Assembly: GCF_052425735.1 (NCBI RefSeq)
Contig: NC_135761.1
Coordinates: 52,266,001 to 52,330,000 of the forward strand
Direction of reading: 5' to 3'
Origin: Oculina patagonica
Taxonomy: Eukaryota
Length of the DNA: 64,000 nt
Part shown: positions 12,654 through 26,600 of the stretch, one piece after another
Layout of the letters: the number at the start of each line of letters is the position of its first letter
How positions within the stretch are numbered: position 1 is the first letter of the stretch
The notes under the pieces: generated by a model
The model's input: only the letters and a program-made list of their open reading frames with translations
What the model was told of the DNA's origin: nothing
Databases searched by the model: none
Position numbers and translations under genes: made by a program

Positions 12654-15152
12654 ATGGCCAATCGTCCACCACCAAAAATAATAGAGTTTGTTGAACCAGG
12701 CAAACAGAGAAAAGAAAAGAAAGCTATACCACTAGTATGTACTGACTTTATGAAATATAAATCCAAGTACTGATCTATGTACCTTCAATATCATTGGTTC
12801 ATGAAAGATGGCCTGGACTAGGTTCAAATCTGCAAAAGTCCAGAAGGAACTTGTTGACCATTAATGATTATTATTAAATCTTTTTTACTCATAATCCTGA
12901 TTTTGTGATTTTTTTGAAAAGGTTAAAAGAAAATGGGTACAAGATAAAACCAAATCTTCAAGGTAAATCATGAAATTTTTTATAATAAATTAAGTTCCCA
13001 GGTCAGTTATTGAAATCTTGTTTACAACAAGTTCATGTTGTCACATGCGAGTCTCACAATGCCCTAATTGCAGACAATTACAGTACCATTCCACTGAACA
13101 CAATATGGGTCATCACAAAGTGTGAGGCAGCAAGGCATGCGATCCATTCCGGTTAGCCTAAATAGCACTTCAGTTAGCCTATAAAGGGAACTCCGGTTAG
13201 CCTAAATTACATGCCAGTTAGCCCACAGTTAGCTTTTTAGCCTTTTTATTTGGAGTAGGGATTTCTGCCTCGCATACCTCGCTGCCTTGCGTTACATGCC
13301 TCGCTGCCTCGCACATTTGTAAGACTCACACAGTACACCTTACCAAGATGACCCTGTAATGAGACTTGACATCATCAGCACTAGTTAGGGATATAGTAAA
13401 TTGGACTTACTCAGACCCACCCACCTGAACTTAGTTATTTGTCATTGAAATCCCTGAAATTGCAATATGAACTCCTCATTTCACTCGATATTTGCCCCAT
13501 TTTCAATTTCCAGATTTTACTATTAGAAGGTTTATTACAGTATGGCCAAATTTTTTCAACTCTAGGCAAGACCTCGAGGAGCAAGAATTTAAATCCATTG
13601 CAAGAGAAGTTAGAGAATTTGGTAAGAAGTGTTAATTGCTATTAATATAAGAATTAATATGCTAAGAACTAACTGCTCAACTCTTAATAAGCCTCATCAA
13701 GACCTTGTTGATCATTTTGATTATGACAAAGTTGAAATCACATTGAATGTGTTGTTTCATGTGTTCATTACAGGTGTAACTGGACTCAGTAGAAAAGAAA
13801 AGAAGAAATACGAAGACTGGAAAGCTCAGTCACTTGGAGGAAAAGTAGGTTCCATTAATCAGCTTTTGTTTTAGCCTCTGTCGAGTGGAGTCAGTCTTTC
13901 AAAAACTCATTACATGTAAAAATCCATGAAAAAAGGAAAATACAGTCGACCCCCATTTAAGCAGCCACCCATAAAGTGGCCAGTTATAAAAGTCCCAAAA
14001 CTGTTTACAGTATTATACTGTAAATAAAACCCCTTTTAAATGGCCACCCCTATTAAGCAGCCACTGCCACCTTATTGCTGTCCCAATAAGCGTTCTTCTA
14101 TTGTTTTTGCTCCTATTTAGTGGCCAGCGAGAATGTAACGGTAATATACAATGACTGGCTTTATTTTCAACAAGGTTGGACAGACAAGGGTCTAAAAAAG
14201 AAAGTGATGGCTAATGAAATCATTCAAACACTGGATTTTTGTCATCTTATAATAAAAGTGATTCCAAGATTCCTTTTCACACTATTTTGTATTGAAATAA
14301 TGTGGTCTTTCTAAAAGGCCTTATGCTAATTTCTAATGAACCCTCTTAAGCAGCCAACCTCTGTTAAGCGGCCAGTTGCCATTTTTCTAAGGTTGGCCAC
14401 TTAATAGCGATACTACTGTATACATGACTACATTTCTGCTTTAGTGGCTCGCCTGACAATTTTTCTTAAATTCTCTTTGTAACATATTTAAAACTCCCAA
14501 CTCTAAATTTTGAATAGGCATTATCATGGTGTCAGATATCATTTACTTAAAGAGTCAATTAAAACTTGTTTTATGTTAGGCTCAAAAAGGCCAAAAAATG
14601 CCGTATCCAATGCTGATGCGTCAGATTAAAAGGAGAAAGGAGAGAGAGAAAGAACAAAAAGAAAGAGTAAGTTTACTATGTACAGTCAAACTTTAAGTGG
14701 ACACCTCACACCAATTGAAACCTTTTTCAATTCCCTGTTCAGTCATATTCTTGCTAATTTTACCCTTACTGGCCTTAAAATGTTTTTAAATTTAACAATT
14801 GTCAAGAAAAATGTCTTTTGTAATTATATTTTATCTCATGATTGTTTTTCTCATCTAGGAACATGCCATGGGTATCTTCAAAAAGAAAACAGATAAAAAG
14901 CAAAGTGCTCCTACAAGGTTTGAAATAATTTTACACTTTTTTCTTCTTCTGGGTTGAATGATACATGTACCTGGCAAAACCTGATTTTTTCAATCACCAT
15001 TCGTGTTTTCTTTTTCTCACAGGGCTTCAATGGGTCGCTGGGTGGACAATTCAGCAAAGGGCCTTCAAGTGTCAGTTGGAAAGTACAAAGCTGGTGTACA
15101 GCGTCTGTCCAAAGCTGATCTGCGCAAGATTACCTCCACCAAGAAAAGATAG
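12654..15152 (+). CDS. C1orf131: C1orf131/FSAF1 (DUF4602, Faf1-like small-subunit processome factor) homolog, 7 coding exons
   Basis: GT-AG splicing with consistent phases gives MANRPPPKIIEFVEPGK...EVREFGVTGLSRKEKKKYEDWKAQSLGGKAQKGQKMPYPMLM...VSVGKYKAGVQRLSKADLRKI. This matches the recalled family motifs (EFGITG, LGAKPPK, VGKFKNG.L.LS..DI.KI). Confidence 0.8.
13942..14418. mobile_element. Tc1/mariner-like MITE (degenerate)
   Basis: ta-cagtcgaccccc...actg-ta ends; internal ttaagcagcc/gtggcc repeats like those of the 5.6-kb element. Confidence 0.45.
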
Positions 15153-15979
15153 CAAGATCAAGGTTTTGTGAAGGCTGGAGGGATTGTAAAAAGAGAAAGA
15201 GAACTGAATGACTGTACTCTGGAACTGTCAAACAAAACAATGATCTGCCACAGACTTGTGGGTGGGGTCAAGTTTGGCAGGGTTTGCAAGACTAGACCAA
15301 CATTCATTACAAGAAGAAAGAAGTTAGCAAACAACAGCACTAACAGTAGAAAGAATTCAATTTTTTTTTAACACAACAGACAAAACACTTATCATCCAAA
15401 TCTCTAAATGAGCAACATTGCTTGTGTCTGTGAAAGCTATCATAGATCAAAACTTTGCAGGTAATCATGGTTGTTTGTTCAAACTGTACAATGTGATATC
15501 TGTACAAGCTCAACACAGTACACAAGTTTATGTGCAGCCAGTGCAAAATTCCATTTAAATTGTTCAGATTGGTGCTTAACATTTTTTCTCTACTATTTTT
15601 TACCTGTAATGAGACATAAATACAACTCATTGATTTATAAAACCAGTTGGTTTTTATTTATCATTAAATTATTTATTAAATTATAATATTCTTATTCTCT
15701 TCCCAATTACCTTCTACAAGATAATTTTCTTTGCTTACATTTTATAATTCTGCCAGTGGTCAGACTAATGGTAAACTTTCAAACTTGTAACGTATCAAAC
15801 ATGACAGACATTTTTATTGCATCTCCAAACCTGACATGCAGTGGAGTATTTTTGATTAAATTTGAGGTGTTTGGAAATACAATGAAACACTGTCTCAAGT
15901 GTTTGAGATATCTTGTCAGCTAAAACTAGAACTAAGGAGTAAATAGAGAAATAAAACGGTAAAGATCTATGCTCATTAA

Positions 15980-16340
15980 AGGGGCTAGGTCACCGTATTT
16001 TAGGTAATTCCATTTCTTTTCATTAATTAAGAGCTCTAAACTTCAAATTGGCAAAGCAAAGACTTTATTGGCAAAATCACGGCCGCATTTTAAATGACAC
16101 ATTCATACAAATTGAGATAAACTTTAAAACCATGTTGGGCCGACGTTTTTCAAGTTTACCCGAACACAATCCATTTTAATCTTCTTGAATTTTGCCCATC
16201 CATGCCCCTTTTTGGCCTTTATTTGTTTCTTTTGAGTTCTTCTACAGTTTTAAGCCGTTATTTTGATATTTCAGTTAATTATATGATTGAGCAGTTGGCC
16301 AGTGCCAATTTTTTGCCTAAAATTGTGTGACATAGCCCCT
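15980..16340. mobile_element. Kolobok-like MITE (TTAA TSD, AGGGG termini)
   Basis: ttaa|aggggctaggtcac ... gtgacatagcccct|ttaa. Confidence 0.65.
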
Positions 16341-17612
16341 TTAAGATCAGGTATCCAAACCACCCTCACGGTTATGGCCACCTTTGTTTAAACATGTTGA
16401 ATAAGAAAATATATGATTTTGAGAACAACAAAATCAAGTGTGTGTTAGTTCATTCATGCCTTGATCTTTTAGGCTATGTGTACATGGGACTGGTCCCAAA
16501 TGGTTCCGTTGCAATTTGTGAATATTTAAGCAAGATAATCTCAAGGAGCACAGTGCTATCAAACAGGTCCTGATCAGGCCTGTTTACTCAGGACGAGCCT
16601 CTGTTTACATAGGATTGGTCAGGTACTGGTCCATTACTGGACCAACATGAACAAATCAGCTCTTCCATCAGTTACTCATGCGAATACTATGCATGAAGCA
16701 TTCTTAGACTGGATTCATCTGAGACTGGTCCAATAGCAAAACATAGCAAAAAATTAATTGCACAGCCAGCCCCAAACATGACTGGTCAAGGTGCTCACAT
16801 GGGGCTGGTCCAGTTCAAAACTGGACCTGCTATTTTGTAGGTCCAAAAATTGGTACAGATCAGGACTGGAGAGTTTTCTTAACTTTTTATTTTAACAAAT
16901 TCAGTAAGACTAATTTGCTCTCCTGTGGAGAATTAATAATTATGCTGATTACGGATCTATAAAAATTTTAAGGTCACAGTCATCATAGTGAAGAAATATG
17001 AACAACTAACAAGACGTGCCAAATTGACTGAAGTCTTGATATTTTTAAATTTGTCTTTTGTCCCAACGTCTACTTGGCAATGAGCAGTTTAAGCTTTCAG
17101 GCCCAGTTGTTTAAAGCAGGAAATCTTAAGCCAATCCAAATTAAACTTCAACTTTGAGTTCAGTTTATACACAAAATTCTTCACCATTGTTCTTCAAAAT
17201 TGTTCACATTGACTAACTAAAAACAAACTGTAAGTTAAAATTAACTTTGAAACACAAGAAATAAGAAATATTTTCCCTGCATTCTGGATTAGCCTGCCAT
17301 CAAACAACTGGGTCTATTATAAACAACTTCTGAAAAATATGATTTCTGTGAAAGAACTGATTATGGTTGAGAATTAAGTTGAATAAAAATCATCCAGAAA
17401 TGTGTACAGACTATTGTAACATTTAAGTTTGAAAAGGCTAACTGTATGTAATTCTTATATGATGTAAATTTTATGTAATATAATATTATACTATTCCAAA
17501 AATTTTTTATAAAACCACAACATTCTAACTACCGATATTTCCCAAAAAAATATTAAGAGATTTAAACCTACTACCATTAAAAAAAATTCCCCTGACAATG
17601 GTGTGTAATCTG

Positions 17613-20600
17613 TTACACTGAAATGGAACCCTGCCGAAAGTCAGTTTTTCCAATTAATGCATTAATCAGCACAGCAGTGCTGTCTTTGGCTATGTCTTGG
17701 GCTTTAGACAGCGTTGCATCAATCTCGCTGGTGGACGGGTCACTAAGCAGTAAGCCTTTACCTCCATATCCATCAGCCACTGTGTGATAATCTGTGAACT
17801 GTGAAAAGAAATTCAGTCATGAAGATTTTGAGCGATATTGTGTTGTTCCAAAAAATATCTAACCTCTCCCACAGAAGGATTTTTGGTTTGACATCCCACC
17901 CCTCTGGAAATTTCAGTTTAGCTTCATACTTTCCTTTAATAATTTTGGCTTAGAACTTGCCCCCCCCCCCCCCCCAGCCGACGAACAGGCTTCCAAGTGG
18001 AGCAGGGCTTAAAGTAAATTGGCAAACAAAGTGTACTGAGCATGGCTTCCGCATTTCTTTCTCCCCCAGGCCACGCCTGGCTCACTTTGCTTGCCGGTTT
18101 CTTTTATTCACCCTGTTCCACTCGGGAGCCCCCCACCCCAGAACTTCCAATGACCTTCCTTGGGGTGAGAATGTATATTTCCAGGAAACACATTGTTTTT
18201 CTTTGAACAACATTCAAACACGGTTGATTGTGGAGGTTGAGGATGCAGCGTGGCCAAGAGGTTTTAAGGTGCTGGTGTTATAATCTGGAGGTCCTGGGTC
18301 AAACCCCTCTACCCTGCCACTAGCTGGACTTGTTCTTGGTTGTCCTGAATTCAAATCCTCGGTCACGCTTTGTATTATAGCCAAATGCTCTGTCGCCTGC
18401 CAGCTGGGATTTTTAACCATGTTATGTTAATTTAATTGTTTGTTTCAGTGGAATGCCTGTAAACTACAGTGTCACTATCTTGAAGCCAAGTACATGACCA
18501 CTACAAAACAACATTGTGTTGTTCCAGAAAATATCCATACCCCTCCCGTGGAAGTTTTATTTGGTTTGAATCCCCCCACCCCTTCAAAAATTTTGGCTTT
18601 TGAGACCCGCACCCCCTCAAAATTTCCAATTACCCTAAAATCAACTGGGTGGGAGGCTACCTTACATAAAGCACACAGCTAAATTTTGGTAAAGTAGACC
18701 CAGTTGTTTCTTACCTCTAAGTCACATCCAATACTTGAACCAAACATCGGCACTTGCTCACGAGCAATCTGAGACCAACATGCATCATTACCCACCAGGG
18801 CAATGATTGGAGTCTGAAAACCAACAAAACACCACCATTTACCATTGGCAAAACTCAGAATGTGAAATCTAGCAAAATAGAATAATTTATTATAACATTT
18901 ATTTAATATTTTGATCACTTAAAGCACATGAGGTTGATGACAAACATGAGATAACATGTAAGTGTACGTATCAATAATTTTGTGTCCAGTTGCATTAATG
19001 CTGTAATCATTAATGATTTTAATGATTTACCTTGTGCCTTGTAAAAGTGTCAAACTCGGCTACACTGTAACCCAGAGAGCCATCTCCATAAATAACCCAT
19101 ACTTCAGATTCTGGTCGGCAGAGCTTGGCCCCCAGGGCAAAGCCGCCACCCACTCCAAGGGTACCAAATGCACCTGGGTCCAACCAAGTCAAGGGACCAC
19201 GTGGCCTGAAAAGAGAAGACGCTTCAGCTGTGTACTACAGTGTAAGAGGATAACCTGTTGGGGTATAGCAACCCATTCAGGATGAGGGGAGTATACTCTT
19301 GTCTCTTAACGGAAGGGGGTTAAGGAGCTATGTCATGGTATTTTAAGTCATTTTTCTGATTACTCTCAAATTGAAGGAAACCTCAAAATACCGGTAATTG
19401 GCTGTTCCGAGGTTGCGCAGGGAACTGGGGCGAGTTTCAAATTTTAAGTAATCGATAATCTGACACCACCACATGAAGGAACCCGGTGAGATTGGTCATT
19501 TTACCAAGTTTGATGCTTTTAGGATGAACAGAGACGAAGTTATGGGCCTTGTAACATGGTTAAAAATCCATACAAACGTCTCTTATTTTGAGACAGCGTC
19601 CCCCAAAACCATATAAACTCTTAAAACTTTTATGATTTTTGTGATACTCTTTAAAATGTGCAAACATAGTGATTTTCATCTTAGCTTCTTTCAAATAATG
19701 GATCTTTGGCAGAATTTTACAGCTATCACAAAACGGATAAAAATTTTAAGAGTTTTTTATGGTTTTGCGGGACGCTGGCTCACAATAAGAGACGTTTGTA
19801 TGGATTTTTAACCATGTTTCAAGGTCCATAACTTCGTTTCTGATCATGCTGAAAGCATCAAACTTGGTCAAATAAACAATCTCAACGTGATCTTTCATGT
19901 GGTGGTGTCAGGTTATCGATTACTTAAAATTTGAAACTCGCCCCAGTTCCCTGCGCAACCTCGGAACAGCCAATTGGTTTTCTAATGTAGAAAAATGCCA
20001 ACTGAATAACAACACCCCGAAGATAAACAAGGATGGTTTTGACTGATGCAGATTAAGTCAGATTTTGAATGACAAACCTAAAAAGCTTTGGCTATTTTTT
20101 TGAAGATGCATTGTCCATCAAGCACCGGCTGCATGGGAAGGAGAAGCTCACAACACAATTTACTTTTATCAAATTATGGTATCACGATAAGAGCAGGGTC
20201 TGGACTACTAAACAACACTTTCAGGCCATGTTTTGGGCTGTCATTGAAACAAGAGGAATTGCTCAGGGATGTAGCTAAGAAAATACAAAGCCGGCTCATT
20301 AGCAAGCCCAGCAGGCTTTTCTGGTCTTGGCAGCGTTAAAAGTTACCCAAGCCTTTGTTTTCATGTGAAATTTCAGCCAGATTTAAGTTCTTGTTAAGTC
20401 AGTGAAAAGAGCAAGCAGCCAGCCCCTAGTGCATCCCTGAGTGCTGGGGATTAGGTCTCATCAATGAATCAATCATACTCCAAGATTTTTTCAAGGTTGC
20501 AAATGCACTGCTTAACCCTGTACGCATACAGTTTTCGTTTAAACAGGTGTCCACTTAGGACTATGACAGTATAAACTGACATCCCCTAAAAACTCCAGGC

Positions 20601-23600
20601 ATGATGAATCCTTCCACCCCTCCCCCAATGTACTGTGGCGTACCTCAGGATGTATGCAGCTGTGCCTACAAAGTCTCCTCCATCAGCCACGATGATGCTG
20701 TTATTGGACATGACATTCTCCAGATTGTATAACAGCTTCAGGGGATTCAAGTGTTGTTTGAGAGATTCCTGTGACTTTAGACTGTTAAAAACAGATCAAG
20801 AGACAGTAACATTACTACATTGAAGTGAGGTAAGGCTACTTTGAAGAAGAAGACAAGAGAAGGAAAGGGAAGCCTCGAGCCAAGTGGCCCATACTGCTGG
20901 AGCTTATCCCTGGTATCCCGGTTTTGATAACATTAAGCGGCTAGGAATATTATTTTTTTTACTCCACCCTGGATGGGATGCTAGTCCATCACAGGGTTCT
21001 GCCCCCACCCCTGCCCCAGCATTATTTCCCCGATACCCATTTATACACCTTCTTGGTGGAGAGGGCACTATGAGAGTAAAGTGTCTTACCCAAAAGCACA
21101 ACACAGGGACCCAGCCAGGGCTAAACCTGGACCGTTCAAACTGAAGTCTGGCACTTTTACCATTAGGCCACCATACCTCTCACACACAAGAGAAGGAAAT
21201 CACCCTTTAAAGATTTTGACAATTCAGACAATGCATAAACTAAAAGAAAGATAGATGGATCGGTGGATAGATAGATAGACACAAAGTCACTACCCTAGAT
21301 AAGTACTGGGCTTGATAACCAGCTGCTGTTTGCATTCTCGTCCCCCGAGTCGCTTGTCCCTCTTAGCAGACTGAGGCAGTGAGCCTTTGCATGGGAGAAA
21401 AGTGGCTCTGGGGACACATGATTTGATTGCCTAGACCTCTAAAAAAGGAAATGTAAATTTAGCAAATCAAATCAACCGTTTTAAAATCTTTTTGTTGTAA
21501 TGGATTTTACTAACAGTTGATTTGATTGGCTAGATTTACATTATCTTTGTTAAAAATGTAGCCAATCAAATCATGTGTCCCCAGAGTTACTTGTCCTCGT
21601 GTCCCAGGCTCAGCCAGCTAAAAAGGACAAACGGCTCTGGGGACGAGAATGCTGCTGTTCAGAAAATGAGCCTGTGCTCTCCCCCAGGGAGGAACAAAGA
21701 TCAGATTCAAGAGAGAGGCAGAAATCGAGCCTAGGTAAATACATCTAGTCAATTCACACTACAGAAATAAGAATTCAGCCGTTGCTACATGGCTCACAAG
21801 GCATGAACATGGTCATGAACAGACATTTGTGGTTTGTACCCAGCTAGTAGAACCATCATCAGCAATCACATACTGTACAACAGGTGTGCTAATACAAATA
21901 CCCTCCATCGTGGGACTTGGCTGTCATAAAATAGATTGTTATATGCACATTAATGTACCTGTTAGCCTTCTCTTTTTCAATGTCTCTCTCCTTCAGTGTG
22001 TCCACCCAGTCAGTTGGACAGTTGTATCCTTTGAGACCCTTACAAAGTGATGTCATGAATGTGGCAGGATCACCTAAAACCATGGTAACAAATGAATATG
22101 AAATGGTAATGAATGTAAAAAAAATTTCAGCTCTGTTCACCGCAAAAGTTATTAATAATTAATCAAGGTTTCAAATTTAGTTTTATTTAGGTATTTATTC
22201 TTCTCACCTTGAATAGCAACTGTGGGCTTCCAAAACATGTCTGAATTCTAAAGGTAAGATGGTCATGAGTTATGAACACACAGACAAAAATAGAGTTTGA
22301 TAAAAAATTGTTTCACAAATCACATGCTGCTATGATTTACCTTAAAAAGTTGGCTTTTGTTCCTATTCACAGCAATTATCTTGGACTTTTTATTCAACAC
22401 TCGACCATACGATAACCTAAAGTCACAAACAGTACCTATATCCAACACAAAAAAAGAAGCATTTCAACATCTGCTGGCTTAGCAACTGCCTACAAAGACG
22501 GCATTAATACAGACCGAGTAAGACCTCATAAACGGACCTAACTTCATGTTGAATTTATGATGAATTCCAGTGCAATTGTGTTAAGTGTATAATAACTTCT
22601 TAACAGATTGAATTGGATGTAAATAAATTTCCTGGGTCAACCTTGTTTCGATGGTTTGTTGTACACGAACTGCAACAAGTTAATACTTAACAGTGTAAAC
22701 TACAAGTTTCCAATTAGCAGTATTTATTGTGACAGTCGGCAATTGGTAGTTTTTGTTTTTGTATTAGATGACAGTGCAACCCTTTGGTACTAGTTAAATA
22801 AGGATGTAACAGTAACTATCTTTTGTTCTCCGATGACGGTTCTAAGTCAACTAAACCTATTTTTTTCTTTCACAATTTCCTTAGAACATTTTAACAAATA
22901 AACTGGGGACTGGGTCAACTCAATTTTCTGCTCTGATCTAGCTATCGGATAAAAATAAGTTACACAATTGAATCTTCTCTTTTTTTATTAACCACACCTG
23001 CTAAAATAACAAGATCAGCCTCCTTTAAGGCATCTCTTCTCCGTTGTCTTATATGAAGATTACTATTTCTTCCTAACAGACCACGAGCCATGCCACCAAG
23101 GAAACATGGGATACCTAATCCCTAATAGAGACAGAAAAAAAACTAAGACAACAGGCACCCACATATTAATTATTTTAATTAAAGTTAACAATTAAACATG
23201 AAGTATTTTAGATGATAAGATTATGTACACGTAGATGCATCTCATGCACCTTGCCAGTTTACCACTGAAATGCACGTGTGATTTAGCGTCTGTTACAAGC
23301 ATCTCATAGTGCATCGACAGGTTAATCATACACTGTAAGTCATCTTGCTTTTCAACATTATTGTCAAAAACAATGCAGGGCATCATGCCATAATTTTCTG
23401 AGAATGTGCACCAGGACTAGTTTTGAAACAGAGGGAAAAGCCATCTTGGAAATGGCTAATTTGATTCTCTGACATAGGATTATGGAAATTAAGAACAGAG
23501 AGGAAAACAAAAAGCACACTTAGCAAGGCAGTGTTGTCTCCCATACCTCTAAAGCTTGCCTGAGTTGCTCAGCTGGAACTGGAGGTAGTGTAGACTGACT

Positions 23601-26600
23601 TCCTAATATAATCACTGGCCGAACTGACTTGGACACCAGTCTTACGCATTCATCAACTTTAAAGAAACAAAAATATCAATAAATATTTCATTCACATTTT
23701 GTTTATAATTCGCTCAGAGGGAAAATTTCATATGTCATTGACTGTCATACCTTGTGATGAAATGGGCATTGGAATGTCGACTGGCAATGGATCTTTAGTT
23801 TGCGGGTCCCAGGCTCCAGCAAACAAGCCATGAAGATGGTTAGAAATATACCTTGGAAAGAAGAAGTGCAAATTGATATTAATTAACATTTTAATTCAAA
23901 ATTTAATTAAATTAACTTGTAGCTACCTCACAACCAGTTTTTTACACATTCAAGTGTTAGAAATAATTCAGGAATGTTTAGGAATGAGTTGTTAAAATTC
24001 AAGACAAGTTCCAACATTCCTTCCAAAATGCAAATTCTCTCAAGAAAAACAATTGAAAGTTTATTAATGTTAAGCACTAACAAGAATTTAATATGCTGAC
24101 TTTGGAAACAAAGGTATTAATTAAAAGACAAACTTACCAATTAACTAGGCGCTGAGACAAGCCACGGGGAGCTTCCTGAAAACAACATGTAAATACAGTT
24201 TTTTCTACAAATGTATAATAATAAAACATGTCAGCGTAATAGATGATATACATGTAAACTATGTGACAGTACACTTGTCTGATTGACAAACCTTAAGCCC
24301 AGACTCTTTCTTGACCAGAGGGTAAGGATAAAGTGTATCAATTGGAAACTCCACGAACACAGGACCTGGAAACAGAAAATTTAATGTCTAGTAATCAACT
24401 GAGAATAACTAGTTAATAAAAATTCAATACAACAGAAAATAAAGGTATACTAAAAAGAACAAATTGTGTATCGCCATACAGCTACGATTTTAATAAACTA
24501 CATAGGCCTTTCGACCGTAACGGTCCTCTTCAGTGTAGTAACATTTGAAATGGCAACGACCAGTAACATGATATTACAGTACAGATAGGGTGTGTCGAGA
24601 TATTTATAAAATTAAGTAACGCCGGTGCGTAATGCACACAGATCAACCCTATTAAGGCCATCAGGTTCACTAGTGCGCAACTTACTTATCCAAATGGACT
24701 CTAACTCATTTAACTTCTCAGGAGAAGAATGGCTTAATACTACAAACTTAAATGTTTGGTTAAAAGTGGAATTATGGAAATCTAAATGAATTTTAAGGGC
24801 AGACTCCTTGCTGTTTCTATGCCCAGTTATGCGGTCACGCAACTTTTGGGTTGTGTTACCTACATATTGTTTTTTACAAAATATACATTCTGCCATATAA
24901 ACTAAAGATCTAGAAGTACATGAAGATTTGCAATTAATACGAAAAGAATTCCCTGTAGTGGTACTATTTACGGTGTTGATGGGATTAATTAAATTACAGG
25001 ATAAACATCGTTTAACCCCACATGGAAGTGTCCCTTTGCTCTCACCCGGTATTTTTCCAGGATAAGTGAGTAAAATAAAATAAGTGGAAAATGGTTTTTT
25101 GGCCCACTACTGGGTCTTGGATTAAGGATAGGTCATGCATGTAGCGGACTGGCCCTTGAAGTGGACAGTTTTTACAGTTGTGGCAGTGAAGTAGCATGGC
25201 TAACAGTGGTGAAAATCATAAAAGAAAGATATTTGCCACCCCTTAAAAAATTGTTATATGATGATAATCATGTTACATATAAAATATAAAATTGCACATT
25301 AATTAAAATTGGACATTGGTAACCTAGTAATTTTTACCTGGTGTGCCTGATTGTGCTATCTGAATAGCCTTTCTTAAGATGGGTACAATGTCAGCTACCC
25401 TGATGGCAAAAATTAGTTCTTATTAGTACATTTGGTATATAGCTATTACTTGCTATTTGTGCTTATTTGGGACACTGTAAATGAACTTACCCAACTAGTG
25501 GACTAATAGGAGGCTACCGTAACTTATTGGCCAGTTACAAAACAAGGCAAGAAGTTCAACTTGGGACTACAGAAAACAAATTCAGGCAGTGGCAGGATGT
25601 CCAAAAGATTTGAACCAGGGACCTATAGAAATACACTACTAAAGGCACACCTTGTTCAATGGGGCTTTATTTGCAGAGCCTCCCTGTGTTCCTATGGTAA
25701 CCAAATCTTACCTTGTAACTGTAGCACAGTATTTACATAGGGGCTTAAACAAGCTCATCTGATCAATGTCTTGTAGAGCTCCACGCCCCTGAAAAAAGAA
25801 ATAATAAAATACACTTTTGATTCTTAACATTATTTAACAATGACACAAATATCCTAAGGCTATACTGAGAAACCAATAATAAACTCATCGGCCACCTTCA
25901 GCAAAGATTACAAACCTTTAGCAACGTAGCTGCAGCCCCGCCTAACAACAGGACAGGAGATTCAGCCATTTGTGCATTCTTCACAGCTGTTACAGTATTT
26001 GTTAAACCTGAAATGGTACAAAAAAATTGACAGTCAAATCTCGTAGGCACTACTCAAATGAGATGTTCACTTGTAAGTTTTATAACAGGCTTTACCTTTT
26101 ATAGTAATTGCAACTGTTACGGAAATTGCTACACAAGAGAAGGTTCAATTGTCCAAGAGAAGTGGCTTCTCAGTGAGACACAACTGACTGTACAGTACAT
26201 ATACATGTATAGCTATATTGTAAAACAATAAGTAAACATAGAAAAACATGTCTTTACCAGGACCAGCAGTGACAGCAGCCACTCCCACAACACCTGATAA
26301 CCTTGCAACAGCATCTGCTGCAAATACAGCTGTGACCTATGAATAAAACGATGGTAAAAATATTCATATCACTTGAGATGGTCATCTAGTACCTACATAT
26401 ATCAACTTTCTCTTAGGTATACAGACATGGTCGGGTCAAAAATTGTGTCCAAAAACTCATGCATAATTGACTTAAATGGAAATTTTTACCACAAGCAAAC
26501 ATTACCTCATGTCTTGTATCAATGACTCTGATTCCAAGATTTTGACATGACACCAAAATTGGAGAAATGTGGCCGCCACAGAGTGTGAAGACAAACTTGA

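Noticed and set aside
22500-22860. Degenerate hammerhead-like motifs in an ILVBL intron
   Set aside because: The core nucleotides (CUGANGA, GAAA) are not intact.
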